64,000 bases of DNA from an uncultured archaeon (GCA_964342815.1 CAYFHS010000006.1:85850-149849), one strand, 5' to 3'. Positions 8,912 to 19,095 are shown, numbered from the stretch's first letter. The notes: generated from the sequence alone by a model not told the origin. Program-made: numbers and translations.

Positions 8912-10453
8912 TTGCTAGCGAGGAAGACCCTGCTGATCATTGCGAATAACGTCGCAGGCGGAATATTGGGATACATCATCCTGTTCGTCATTGCCAGGTA
9001 CATGATTAACGCCGATTACACATACGGAGTTGTAGCCTTCGGTCTAGCAACTCTCGGCTTGTTCATGTTCATTCTAAATCCAGGTACCAATACGGCCCAT
9101 ATAAAGAAGGTGTCCGAGGGAAAAGATGTTGGGACCTGTATCGGTACTTACCTGGCAATGAAGGTTGTGTTAACAGCTTTCTTTCTATTTGTGGTACTGG
9201 TTGGAATATTCAGCTGGAAACATGTATTTAATCAGGGGTTTGAGTCCAACAAGATAGAAGTGGCCATATACATCCTTCTCTTTAACTACGTGCTTACCTC
9301 CTTCAACGGTGTCTTCGTTGCCACGTATGAGGCAAGAAAGGAGATTGCAAAGGCTCAACTGGGAATGCTGATGTCCACTCTATCAAGACTGGCGGCCGTC
9401 CTGATAATCGTGTACTTCCAGATGGGTGTATACGGTCTTGCTTGGACTTGGAACATCAGTATGATGGCATACTTTTTTGTGTCCATATTGATGTTCAGGG
9501 GTTACAGGATAAAACGCCCATCCTGGACACTTGCCAAGGATTATATAAAATTCGCCTTTCCAATTATGTTCATTACCATCGCATTCGTTCTGGTAGTCAC
9601 AACTGACAGGGTAATGCTGGGTTATTTCTGGAAACCGGAAGACGTGGGTCACTATTTTGCAGCATGGCGCATAACAGTCTTCATCATAATGTTCGGAGTT
9701 GCTGTGCAGAAACTAGTATTCCCCACTATATCGGAATACCATACGGAAAACAAGGAGGGCCACATTCAAAACCTTAGCTGGGTAGCCGAGAAATATATTG
9801 GCCTTTTCATCATACCCATCTGTTTTTTTATGGCTGTGTTTCCAAGTGACGTGATCCATATTATGACCAGCGATGACTTTCTTCCGGCAGCACCCATACT
9901 CCGTATTTTTGCCATTTACTCATTACTTATCGCACTCAATACTCCATATGCGTCCCAGTTTGCTGGAACTAACCGGCCCCGAATGGCGGCCCTGTTGGGA
10001 ATCCCCGCCGCCTTTTTGAATATATTATTGAACCTCATTTTAATACCTGCATCCCTATTTGGAATCCCACTTGCAGGTCTTAAAGGCGTGGGTGCGGCAC
10101 TGGGAACTCTCATATCCACAACCATTTATGTCGTTGTATCCCGTATAGTAATATACAAGTCCATATCTGGGACTAAAAGCAATTGGAAAATAATATTCAA
10201 CTTGATATCCGCAGGACTGATGAGCCTTTTTCTCTACTACGTTCTTTACCAGTATCATCCTATAATCCGATATTATGACATCTTTCTCTTCATGGTTGTG
10301 GGAGCGTTAATCTATTTTGCCGCAATGTTCGTATTCCGCCAGTTCACAAAGAAAGAAGTCGTATATCTTCTCAAAGTGGTGGATCCCGTACAGATGATAA
10401 AATACATTAAGAACGAAGTATTTAACAGAAATGAAAGGAGTTCTGGAAAATAG
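8912..10453 (+). CDS. Oligosaccharide flippase (MOP/Wzx-RfbX family)
   Basis: About 14 TM helices, TDRVMLGYF...VGHY motif. Likely start is TTG at 8912 (MLARKTLLII) behind GGTG; the ORF-track extension overlaps the divergent GTPase gene. Confidence 0.85.
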   Translation: MLARKTLLIIANNVAGGILGYIILFVIARYMINADYTYGVVAFGLATLGLFMFILNPGTNTAHIKKVSEGKDVGTCIGTYLAMKVVLTAFFLFVVLVGIFSWKHVFNQGFESNKIEVAIYILLFNYVLTSFNGVFVATYEARKEIAKAQLGMLMSTLSRLAAVLIIVYFQMGVYGLAWTWNISMMAYFFVSILMFRGYRIKRPSWTLAKDYIKFAFPIMFITIAFVLVVTTDRVMLGYFWKPEDVGHYFAAWRITVFIIMFGVAVQKLVFPTISEYHTENKEGHIQNLSWVAEKYIGLFIIPICFFMAVFPSDVIHIMTSDDFLPAAPILRIFAIYSLLIALNTPYASQFAGTNRPRMAALLGIPAAFLNILLNLILIPASLFGIPLAGLKGVGAALGTLISTTIYVVVSRIVIYKSISGTKSNWKIIFNLISAGLMSLFLYYVLYQYHPIIRYYDIFLFMVVGALIYFAAMFVFRQFTKKEVVYLLKVVDPVQMIKYIKNEVFNRNERSSGK

Positions 10454-10486
10454 AAATGGAAAAATAAAAAAGGAGAATAACTGCGA

Positions 10487-10831
10487 CTACTTTTTCTTCG
10501 CCGCAGCCTTTACTGTCTTCAGTTTTCTCTCAAGAGATGAGATATCCGCATCCGCCGTGTTAATAAATGTTTTGAGATTGGTAATCCGCTGAACGAGTAT
10601 ATCGTATTTTTCCTCATACTCAAGTGTGTCGACCCTTGTTACCAATCCGAACTCCTCGATATAATTGTTGAAGTTCTCGTCCAGATATCGCTCGATCCTT
10701 CCGTCGAAAAATCTTCTTTTGTAATGAGCTTCTTCCGGTGCTACTTTTTCTTTTGAGAAGAGCTTTTTGACCCGGGCGAAAAAGGGCGGCTTCTCTTCCA
10801 TTTCCTGTTCCTGTTCGGTTAATTCTGCCAT
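10487..10831 (-). CDS. Small coiled-coil protein, paralog 3 of triad
   Basis: RIERYLDENFNNYIEEFGLVTRVD followed by heptads; RBS GGAGG upstream. Confidence 0.75.
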   Translation of the reverse strand: MAELTEQEQEMEEKPPFFARVKKLFSKEKVAPEEAHYKRRFFDGRIERYLDENFNNYIEEFGLVTRVDTLEYEEKYDILVQRITNLKTFINTADADISSLERKLKTVKAAAKKK

Positions 10832-10845
10832 ATCCTTTTCCTCCT

Positions 10846-11199
10846 TTAGAATTCCTCCAAGCTTTTCATTCCCTTCTCAATGGAATCCATTCGGGAATTG
10901 ATGGAAGTCTTCTTTTTCTTTATCGTCCCGATATCCCGGCTGATAACCTTTAACTTCTTATTCATATCCTTTTTCCAGGTCTTTACCTTGGACCGGGGCA
11001 TCAGGTCCCATTCGTCAATGATGTTCCGGAAATGTTCATCGAAATAGAGTTGGATGTGATCCGCTCCTCCTCCTCTTTTCTTCTTCAACTGATAAATATA
11101 ATATATCAAGTAAACGAAGACAAAAGCCAATAATAGGACCACAATGAATATTCCGACCTGTTGAAATGTTGACATTGCCATATTATTTCCCCTCCACAC
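10846..11199 (-). CDS. Small coiled-coil protein with N-terminal TM helix, paralog 2 of triad
   Basis: TM helix, then HIQLYFDEHFRNIIDEWDLMPRSK and heptads. Confidence 0.75.
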   Translation of the reverse strand: MWRGNNMAMSTFQQVGIFIVVLLLAFVFVYLIYYIYQLKKKRGGGADHIQLYFDEHFRNIIDEWDLMPRSKVKTWKKDMNKKLKVISRDIGTIKKKKTSINSRMDSIEKGMKSLEEF

Positions 11200-11464
11200 C
11201 GTATTTTAATTCGAGCCTTTCCATTCGAAGCCGGGCCTTTTTCAAACGCTCTTCGGTTTCTTCTTTCCATGAATCCAGATCATTCAATTCTGTTTCCGCC
11301 CAGTTGAAAGAACTGTCTACGTCGATAAAATCGTTCTTGGTGGCCAACCGGTGAGTATCGATCAATTCCGGTAAATGCTCACTGATATACCTATCGATCT
11401 TTCGGGGATTGCCCCCGGTGAGTTCCCTGAAGTATGCGGATATTCTTTCGCTTACACCTACCAT
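11183..11464 (-). CDS. Small coiled-coil protein, paralog 1 of triad
   Basis: KIDRYISEHLPELIDTHRLATKND followed by heptads; RBS GGAGG upstream. Confidence 0.75.
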   Translation of the reverse strand: MVGVSERISAYFRELTGGNPRKIDRYISEHLPELIDTHRLATKNDFIDVDSSFNWAETELNDLDSWKEETEERLKKARLRMERLELKYGVEGK

Positions 11465-11497
11465 TTTATTCCTCCTTTAACATTTTTAGGATGAGTA

Positions 11498-11905
11498 TCA
11501 TTCAGTATTATCTTTTTCATCTTCTTCAGCCTCTTCTTCATCTTTCTTGCGGATGATTTTGTCTTTTATCTTTTGATACCCGTCCTTCAAACTCTCGGTA
11601 TATTTTTTGTAATTTTTTAATATGACTGTGTCTCCGTCCTGGATCTTCAATTTGTTCATATCCCTTTGCCTTATTGAAGCAACATTGATGGAAATGAATT
11701 TATCCGCGTTCAATTTCACGATTACTCCCTTATCGATCTCCGGTGTACAGAGAAACACTTTGTCGCCTGGGTTGAAGTCCACACTTTCCATGAGGGATTC
11801 ATGAACTCTTACCAGGCCCGGCTGCCCCTTAATCATGCTGGTTTTCGCCTTCAGTTCCAGTTTGGGCACCTCAAGTTCTTCAATTTCTTCCTTTTCCATG
11901 ATCAT
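11498..11905 (-). CDS. Stand-alone double-psi beta-barrel (CDC48/VAT N-domain-like) protein
   Basis: Two-fold internal symmetry, GLVRVHESLMESVDFNPGDKV / VASIRQRDMNKLKIQDGDTV, matching the DPBB pattern. Confidence 0.65.
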   Translation of the reverse strand: MIMEKEEIEELEVPKLELKAKTSMIKGQPGLVRVHESLMESVDFNPGDKVFLCTPEIDKGVIVKLNADKFISINVASIRQRDMNKLKIQDGDTVILKNYKKYTESLKDGYQKIKDKIIRKKDEEEAEEDEKDNTE

Positions 11906-12414
11906 TACTCCTTTTCTTCTTCTTCTTCTTTCGATGGGAAAAGTTCATCATAGGTCTTCCTGAGAACCATCTCCCCCCCGAGGCTCTTAATTTCTTCCGG
12001 CGATATCCTGAGGCGACGACTTTTGAAGCCTGTGGTGATCATTATCTTCCATATTTTCCATATCTTCAATTTCTCAGGTATATCAAAATCAGTGACCTTT
12101 CCGATCTTTTTGTTGTCAGATGAAACTACTGATATTCCCACAAAGTCCTTGCACATGAACATCTCTCTCTTCGAGGTCAAAGGGATTTCCTCTTCCTCGT
12201 GTTCGTCGGTGAGAAGTATGAGATTATTGTCCATATCGAATTTTTGTACATACTTTTCGTGTATCAGTTTCTTGGCCTTCTTGCCCATCCCATGAGAGAT
12301 CACAAAATGGGTAACCCGCCATGTATTGGTATTCAATATCATGCCCACTTGTTTGCCGATGATACCTTCGATGGCTTTTTTGAATTCAAATTCCTTTACC
12401 CTAGAGTATAACAT
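11905..12414 (-). CDS. Tandem PRC-barrel domain protein
   Basis: KDFVGISVVSSDNKKIGKVTDFDI...RLRISPEEIKSLGGEMVL is a PRC-barrel; a degenerate second copy is N-terminal. Confidence 0.75.
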   Translation of the reverse strand: MLYSRVKEFEFKKAIEGIIGKQVGMILNTNTWRVTHFVISHGMGKKAKKLIHEKYVQKFDMDNNLILLTDEHEEEEIPLTSKREMFMCKDFVGISVVSSDNKKIGKVTDFDIPEKLKIWKIWKIMITTGFKSRRLRISPEEIKSLGGEMVLRKTYDELFPSKEEEEEKE

Positions 12415-12468
12415 TGCTTTTCCTCCATTTTTGAGATGTGCGAACTAACGAGACTAATGGATTATCTA

Positions 12469-12477
12469 TTTATATAA
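12469..12477 (-). promoter_or_regulatory. TATA box of PRC-barrel operon
   Basis: TTATATAAA on the minus strand about 55 nt upstream of the ATG; GGAGG RBS at 12422-12426. Confidence 0.5.
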
Positions 12478-12519
12478 GTTTCGGTGAACTCTCCTTCTTG
12501 CGAGGAATAATTGTGGAAA

Positions 12520-13719
12520 TCAATAGGGGTCTCTTTTACCGAATGTGAATACAAAAAGAGCGAGTAGTATGACGATTGTTATTAATATGACCAGAACTAT
12601 CAAAACGGGCTGAGGATCATCACCATTCTGCGGTGTTTCGCCTTCTTTCACGTGGAAGTTCATTTCGACCAGCGTAAATTCCGTTCCGTTATAGGTATAT
12701 TCTATACGGTACATCCAATCACCGACGGTAATCCCTTCAGTAGTAAGATCAACTCTTCGCTCATAGATCGCACCTTTTTTTGGGGTTCCCGTCTCATGAG
12801 GAATGTTACCTGAAAAAATGAGGGTGTCCGTAGAACTGTTGAATATGCTAACCATTATCTTGTCCGGCGGATCGCCCTCTGCGTCCTTGTAGCTTATCTG
12901 GAACATTATGGGTTTATTTGCGAACAGCTCCGGAGGGATGTTTGTCAAGTCTTTGACATCCGGGAGTGTATCATTCAAGGGTAGTTCGCCTTCGATGATG
13001 TTGATGGGAAAGGTCTTAACATATGTCCAATTGTTATCTCCGTCCTTCTTTCTTGTGGTTTTGATCGAGTAATTGTAGGACTCAATCGTATGATGCAATC
13101 TTCCGATGTATTTCGTATATATTCCACCGTCATTTGACATTATATAATTAGTATCATTTACCACTATCTCGACCTGTACGATCCGGTCCCCATCCGGATC
13201 GGTTATATTTGCCGAGAAGACGATCTCATCATTCGTCGTATGAACATAATCAGGGCGTGGTGTGATGGTATCGATAATAGGGGCCGCATCGCTTTCCCGG
13301 ATGGAAAAGGGAGCTCTGGCGGATTCTCCCGTGGCACCGCTTTCAAGTTCCATGTGATGAATGAAATGCCATGCACCGGGTGACAGGTCACCTGTGTTCA
13401 ATTTAAGGTGGAGCCTGAAAAAATTCGCAAAGGGCATTTCGGTATCGTTTCGTTTGTACTGGAAGGTATATGTGCTATTCGCCTCATCAATGAGAGTGAT
13501 GTATGTTCCAGTCCGGTGCATGCCGGAATATTTAATCTCCCCGTCTGTTTGGACCTGTGCAATAAAGTGAATCGTGTCCCCCTTGATTATCGTGTCCGAG
13601 ATATCCGTGGCATCCACCACCGACAACTCTCCTTCCTCCCCTTTAGACTTATGAGTGGGGAAAAGTAACAGATTTAGTAAAAATAAAAAAATGACAACAA
13701 TAGTAAACAGTTTTTTCAT
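12520..13719 (-). CDS. Single-pass surface protein with Ig-like domains
   Basis: Signal peptide MKKLFTIVV (ATG 13719 behind GAGGA), F-Q-I-S-Y-K-D-A-E-G-D-P-P domain, C-terminal TM + GKRDPY. Confidence 0.8.
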   Translation of the reverse strand: MKKLFTIVVIFLFLLNLLLFPTHKSKGEEGELSVVDATDISDTIIKGDTIHFIAQVQTDGEIKYSGMHRTGTYITLIDEANSTYTFQYKRNDTEMPFANFFRLHLKLNTGDLSPGAWHFIHHMELESGATGESARAPFSIRESDAAPIIDTITPRPDYVHTTNDEIVFSANITDPDGDRIVQVEIVVNDTNYIMSNDGGIYTKYIGRLHHTIESYNYSIKTTRKKDGDNNWTYVKTFPINIIEGELPLNDTLPDVKDLTNIPPELFANKPIMFQISYKDAEGDPPDKIMVSIFNSSTDTLIFSGNIPHETGTPKKGAIYERRVDLTTEGITVGDWMYRIEYTYNGTEFTLVEMNFHVKEGETPQNGDDPQPVLIVLVILITIVILLALFVFTFGKRDPY

Positions 13720-13956
13720 TCTACATTCCTCGTACCAGTTCCGGTTGTTGATCAGCACCTGTGAGCTACTTTGAATCATAGTGCTGGTTATATATAATTA
13801 TGCACCGTATTATAAATAATTTCGTCTCTCCTATTGGTAAGGTATTATTATAATTGGAAATTGAATAATCGGGGAAAATATTTTTAATACAACGAAAGAT
13901 AGATTACCTGATAACATTTTTCCAATAATGTATTTCAGAGTTAGGAAGGTGTGATA

Positions 13957-16569
13957 ATGCAGCGTATATTCAGAAAAAGCGTAGTTGGAGTAATTTGCAT
14001 TTTATTACTATTAGTTACAATGATTATAACGCCTGAAATTCTTGGCGAGAAAGCGCATGAGACACGGGCCTATCAGCTCCCTGTTTGGAAATCGGATGAT
14101 TGGTGGAAATATTATTACCATTCGGATGAGCCCCTGTTTCTGGATTCCGGGGATATTCAAGTAACCATCGACGAGATCACGACCGTGGAGGTCTTGACGG
14201 TGGCAGGAAGTGAATCTGTTATGGTCAACGGGACTTCATATGACATATATAACGTTACGATCGAAGGCAATATCGCTCAAAAGGGCTCTTATGTATATGG
14301 TCAATATTCGGGCCCGTACACGGATAACAGCGAATCAACCGGATTTGCCTACTACCGAAGGTCTGACCTTGCCTTCATAAAAAGGGTGGATGATATCACG
14401 GGTACCATAACAATGACGATCATGGGAAGCCCTCAAAATAGTCCTTACACAAGTACCGTTTTAACGAATATGCAGCCGCCCCGGGAGGATTTCAATTTTC
14501 CCATGTCACATTTAAGCACGTGGAATGTCAATTCCCTGCAGACTGTAAACCAGACCTTTTCATCCCAGGGGCAGACCGAGTCAGTGGAGACTCATACACT
14601 CTTCAGTTACATCGCCACCGTGGGAGCCGAGGACAAGGGAGAAGTGGCTGGCAGGGTTGTGGACTTTTATCCCATTCATGGGGTAGGAACCGCGGTGGGG
14701 GGCGGCAATACGGCCCCTTTCGAGGTGTACAATAATTATTCGTCTGTGGTGAAGAACTCCATCATAGGTCTCATCGGTTTCGGTGATGTTGACAGTCCTC
14801 CAGGTTCGGGGGATCTTACTATTGATGTTGAAGATTTTTTAATTGCACCACAATCCCCCAGAGAAGGAGTGAGAGCGAATATAAGCTGTGAGATATCAAA
14901 CGTGGGCTATGGGAACGTAGCATACCCCAGGGTTAGAGCGGAACTGGATGGTGATACTTATGGTGAAGACATCATCATCGATATGATCGAATCGTACGGT
15001 AAATACACCATTTACTATGACATCGTGCCACTAGATCGTGGATCCCATAGTTTCGAGATCATTTTGGACCCCGATAACTTGATCGAGGAAAGCGATGAAA
15101 CCAATAACGGGGCTGTTTTTACCTTCGAGGTTGCTGCCAACAAAGAACCGTTGATAACTGGTTATCAGCCCTTTACGAATATTATTATCAACAAGGGTTC
15201 CACTGCGGTTTTTGAAATAGTTGCAAGTGACCCGGATGGGGATAAGATCAATTATGAATGGACCGTTGATGGAGGAACGGTTTCAGGTGCAAATGGACCG
15301 GATTGCGAAATTGCATTTACAGGTGTCGACGAGGGTGATGAGCTGGTGGTCAAGGCAGTTGTGTACGATGATTTCAATGCCAATGTTTCCCATGAATGGG
15401 GGGTAACCATCAATACGGCCCCAACCATTACCGGTCACACTCCACCGGAACAGATGATCACCACACTAGAGGGCGAAGAAGTTGATTTCGTCATCACTTA
15501 CGATAATGCAGGAGAGGAATCCATTATCTTTCGATGGTATCTTGATGATGATCTCCTTCACTGGGAGAAGGCTGGTTTTTTTACCTTCGAGGCCGCCCTT
15601 AGCGGTGCGAATTCCTCTGAGGGTTCACCATACGAGATCAAAGTTGTTGTGGAAGACTTTTTGAACCTCACAGACGAGTATTCATGGACTCTGCAGGTGG
15701 ACAATATGAATCAGGCACCTCAAATTATCAATGCGTTTGCAGGAGGGGCCGCACGCGAGATGCAAACCATCAATGAGACCGAGAATATGAATTATAATAT
15801 AACTGCCCTTGATCCGGACAACGACGCTTTGACCTATACCTGGTTCGTTGACGGACAGGAGATCACCGGGGCAAAGGCCGCGGATTTTATCTATACCACA
15901 GATAAAGACACGGTAACCCACCTAAATGGAAGGAGAACCCAGGATTTCATCATCAAGGTGCTTTGCGACGACGGCGAATTAAATGACACGTTCACGTGGA
16001 TCCTGAGAGTGGTGGACATCAACAGAGCACCGATCATATCTTTCGAAGAATCTCTAGATTCCGCCTTGTCCGGTATTAAAGAGGGTGAAATGGCCGCTCT
16101 CAATGTAAGTTCGGAAGATTCCGACGGTGATGTCATGACGTATCAATGGTTGCTGGATGGTGAGATATTGGCAGTTGATCCCTCCTTCACCATCAGTTTC
16201 AAGGAAGGGGATCACACCATCCAACTGCTTGTGGACGACGGTTATGACAAAACTCGGACGGAAATATTTAATTTTACAATTCTGCCAGGAGAAACAGGGC
16301 CTGGAAACTCCGGGAATACCGATGGCAGCAAGGGTGGAAAAGGTATTCCTCTCTGGGCCGTGATCGTCATAGTACTTGTGGTGCTGGTTGTCATCATGGT
16401 AATTATTCTTTTAATAAAAAGAAAAAAGCCGGTAGCGAAAGTATCTTTTGAGGGAGTGAATGAACACAAGGAGAATGTTATATTCTTGTGCCCTAAATGC
16501 AACGAGAAAGAAGACCTTGATCTGGGTTACTGCATCAGCTGCGGAAATGATTTCAGCCATAAAAAATGA
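13957..16569 (+). CDS. Surface protein: PxW..D.W.Y N-domain + CARDB + Ig/PKD-like repeats + TM + cytoplasmic zinc ribbon
   Basis: Signal peptide; LDPDNLIEESDETNN CARDB; D-P-D-G-D-x-x-x-Y-x-W repeats; CPKC...CISCG after the TM. Confidence 0.85.
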   Translation: MQRIFRKSVVGVICILLLLVTMIITPEILGEKAHETRAYQLPVWKSDDWWKYYYHSDEPLFLDSGDIQVTIDEITTVEVLTVAGSESVMVNGTSYDIYNVTIEGNIAQKGSYVYGQYSGPYTDNSESTGFAYYRRSDLAFIKRVDDITGTITMTIMGSPQNSPYTSTVLTNMQPPREDFNFPMSHLSTWNVNSLQTVNQTFSSQGQTESVETHTLFSYIATVGAEDKGEVAGRVVDFYPIHGVGTAVGGGNTAPFEVYNNYSSVVKNSIIGLIGFGDVDSPPGSGDLTIDVEDFLIAPQSPREGVRANISCEISNVGYGNVAYPRVRAELDGDTYGEDIIIDMIESYGKYTIYYDIVPLDRGSHSFEIILDPDNLIEESDETNNGAVFTFEVAANKEPLITGYQPFTNIIINKGSTAVFEIVASDPDGDKINYEWTVDGGTVSGANGPDCEIAFTGVDEGDELVVKAVVYDDFNANVSHEWGVTINTAPTITGHTPPEQMITTLEGEEVDFVITYDNAGEESIIFRWYLDDDLLHWEKAGFFTFEAALSGANSSEGSPYEIKVVVEDFLNLTDEYSWTLQVDNMNQAPQIINAFAGGAAREMQTINETENMNYNITALDPDNDALTYTWFVDGQEITGAKAADFIYTTDKDTVTHLNGRRTQDFIIKVLCDDGELNDTFTWILRVVDINRAPIISFEESLDSALSGIKEGEMAALNVSSEDSDGDVMTYQWLLDGEILAVDPSFTISFKEGDHTIQLLVDDGYDKTRTEIFNFTILPGETGPGNSGNTDGSKGGKGIPLWAVIVIVLVVLVVIMVIILLIKRKKPVAKVSFEGVNEHKENVIFLCPKCNEKEDLDLGYCISCGNDFSHKK

Positions 16570-16593
16570 ATTGACCTGTTAATTGGTGAAACA

Positions 16594-16746
16594 ATGAATG
16601 AAAAGGAAATTATGTGTCCCCTGCTGAAGGAAGCCTGTTTGCAGGATAGATGTTCTTGGTTTCAGGTTTCGGGACAGTGCTCGATAACTGTACTTGCACA
16701 GGCTTTTTCAACGAGAAGCAAGGGATCCGGTCTTGGACCGTTGTAA
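16594..16746 (+). CDS. 50-aa Cys4 microprotein (below ORF-track cutoff)
   Basis: GGTGA RBS, then MNEKEIMCPLLKEACLQDRCSWFQVSGQCSITVLAQAFSTRSKGSGLGPL-TAA. Confidence 0.65.
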   Translation: MNEKEIMCPLLKEACLQDRCSWFQVSGQCSITVLAQAFSTRSKGSGLGPL

Positions 16747-17049
16747 TATGAAAAATACGTGTATGTTTTCCATAAATATTCTTGGAAAACTCTCGACGTT
16801 GCTGATTAGGCGCGGGCTTGTAGAATAAAAAATTTTTTCTTATCAATCCCGAGGAATCCGAATGGGGAACGACTTGAAAATTACACGAAACAATTATATC
16901 GTAAGAATAGCTATCAGTAAAGCACCAATAATATTCGTTGACCGGGAAAGTTATCTTGTAACGCAGTGAATCAAAATCTGAATAAGTTTACTTTATCGAA
17001 GATCATGTTAGATAAACCGGCTCCATCATTGGTGTATCTTGAAAGGTTG

Positions 17050-19095
17050 ATGACATTGAATAAACAAAACAGTATATTATTGCTTACGATCTTTCTCCTG
17101 ATCGCCTCGTCGCTTATTATGGGTGACCGATCCGCAGTAATGGGTAATGACGATGTGACTCCGGTTACGGTTCAAATCCTTGCACCGGCGAACGGTACGG
17201 AAGTGAATGGCTCGGTACCGATCGATGCAAAGGTCCTCAACTGTGGCTCGAATTGTACCGGCAACACCTCCATCTACATCGACAAGAAGTTCCAATCCAT
17301 CGGGACAAGATACGATCTTGTGGGTCAGTACGAATATTTCAGACATGAATGGAACACAACGACGGTTGAGAACGGACTGCACGAGATACTCGTCTTTGAT
17401 AAACACAATATCACCTACGATATAATATACCTTTTCGTAAACAACGCGGTCAACGGGAGTTCCATTAGAAATACCAGAATTACATCACCCGGCAACAACA
17501 CGAATATTCAAGGTATAGTGGCCGTTCACGCTGAAGTGCTCACTTGTAATTGCAGTGGGTTATCCTCGCTGTACGTCGACGGGGATTTCATCTCGAACGG
17601 CACTCGAGGGGCCACGATCAACCACGACGGGAGGTGGTGGGAGATATTCAAACATTCATGGGATACACGTACTGTGGAGAATGGTAGGCATACAATAAGG
17701 ATCTACGGCAAGCATCCGGAATATTATCATGAGATCAGCGTGATAGTGGATAACGAGGAAGTTGAACCGAACACAATGATTATCTCCCTGCACAACAATA
17801 CTGAGGTACACGGCAATCAGAGGGTGAGCATCCGGGTAATGGCATGCAAATGCACTGCCCTGACATCCCTCTACGTGGACGGGCTGTTCATCTCCAACGG
17901 GACGAAGGATGGGTCGGTGGGGCTGTACGAGTACTATAGCCATGAGTGGGACAGCACGATGGTGGAGAACGGCAGGCATCTCTTGAGGGCGTACGGAAAG
18001 CACAAGGAATATTACGATGAGATCACCATATTCGTAAACAACACGGACGACGGGTACGACGGGGAAGTGAGAATCCTGTCCCCGGAGATGAACTCGGAAG
18101 TAAAGGGTCTGGTAACGGTGAGGGTCGAGGTCACGAAGGGAAACGTCAGCGGGAACACATCGTTGTTCATTGATGACGTCTTCGTATCCAACGGGACCCA
18201 TGAGCTGAGCGTCGGTCAGTATGAATACTACAGTCACCTCTGGGACAGCACCACCGTCAATAACGGGATTTACCTACTAAAGGTAGTGGGGAAAAATAGA
18301 AAAATTTTCGATGTCATCAATGTTATTGTAAATAATCCAATCGTCATGGAGCATCCCCCCATCCGGATTGTTACACCGACGAATAATTCACAAGTGGAAG
18401 GGATCGCGGCAATAAAGGTGGAAGTATTGGCGAATATAAGTGTTAATACCACCATATTGTACATTGACGATATATTGATGTCAAACGGCATTAGCGAGTC
18501 AAAGATAAATAAGAACGGAACCTGGTTTGATATCTACCTTTATGAATGGAACAGCAAATCAACTTCAAACGGTAATCACGAAATAAAGGTTATCACTGAC
18601 GATATGAGTTTTTTAGATTCTATTACCGTTTTTGTTCTGAATCCATTGGACGAGTCAATCACGATCACCAAGATCATATCTCCTACGAATGGTTCTCTCA
18701 TCGATAATAAAATAACCATCGAAATTGAAGTAATGGTTATTTGTCCCTGCAACGGCACTACGATCATGTTTGTTGATGGGCTCTATTTGTCGAACGGGAC
18801 CTTGCTCGATACCTATTTCCGCAACGATTCCCTGTACGAGGTGTATGCTCACCAGTGGAACACAACATCCATCGCGGATGGATCACATTTGATTCGGATA
18901 CTCGGTAAACACAGGCAATATTTCGATCAAATCACAGTTATTGTTGATAATTCACCCGCAATAAAACCAGTAACGGACGATAATCGATCGTCCTCTTACA
19001 GAATCTTTTCAATCATTTTCGCATCCACAATCGTTGTAATAATATTAATAACAATAATAAGAAAAAAGAAATTCCAGGACGAGTCGCAAAAATGA
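17050..19095 (+). CDS. Surface protein with six ~95-aa bacterial Ig-like (Big_7-like) repeats, four carrying Cys pairs
   Basis: Six repeats I-x-S-P-x-N...G...YVDG...SNGT...H-x-W-D-T-x-x-V-E-N-G-x-H; signal peptide from ATG 17050; C-terminal TM + RKKK. Confidence 0.85.
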   Translation: MTLNKQNSILLLTIFLLIASSLIMGDRSAVMGNDDVTPVTVQILAPANGTEVNGSVPIDAKVLNCGSNCTGNTSIYIDKKFQSIGTRYDLVGQYEYFRHEWNTTTVENGLHEILVFDKHNITYDIIYLFVNNAVNGSSIRNTRITSPGNNTNIQGIVAVHAEVLTCNCSGLSSLYVDGDFISNGTRGATINHDGRWWEIFKHSWDTRTVENGRHTIRIYGKHPEYYHEISVIVDNEEVEPNTMIISLHNNTEVHGNQRVSIRVMACKCTALTSLYVDGLFISNGTKDGSVGLYEYYSHEWDSTMVENGRHLLRAYGKHKEYYDEITIFVNNTDDGYDGEVRILSPEMNSEVKGLVTVRVEVTKGNVSGNTSLFIDDVFVSNGTHELSVGQYEYYSHLWDSTTVNNGIYLLKVVGKNRKIFDVINVIVNNPIVMEHPPIRIVTPTNNSQVEGIAAIKVEVLANISVNTTILYIDDILMSNGISESKINKNGTWFDIYLYEWNSKSTSNGNHEIKVITDDMSFLDSITVFVLNPLDESITITKIISPTNGSLIDNKITIEIEVMVICPCNGTTIMFVDGLYLSNGTLLDTYFRNDSLYEVYAHQWNTTSIADGSHLIRILGKHRQYFDQITVIVDNSPAIKPVTDDNRSSSYRIFSIIFASTIVVIILITIIRKKKFQDESQK

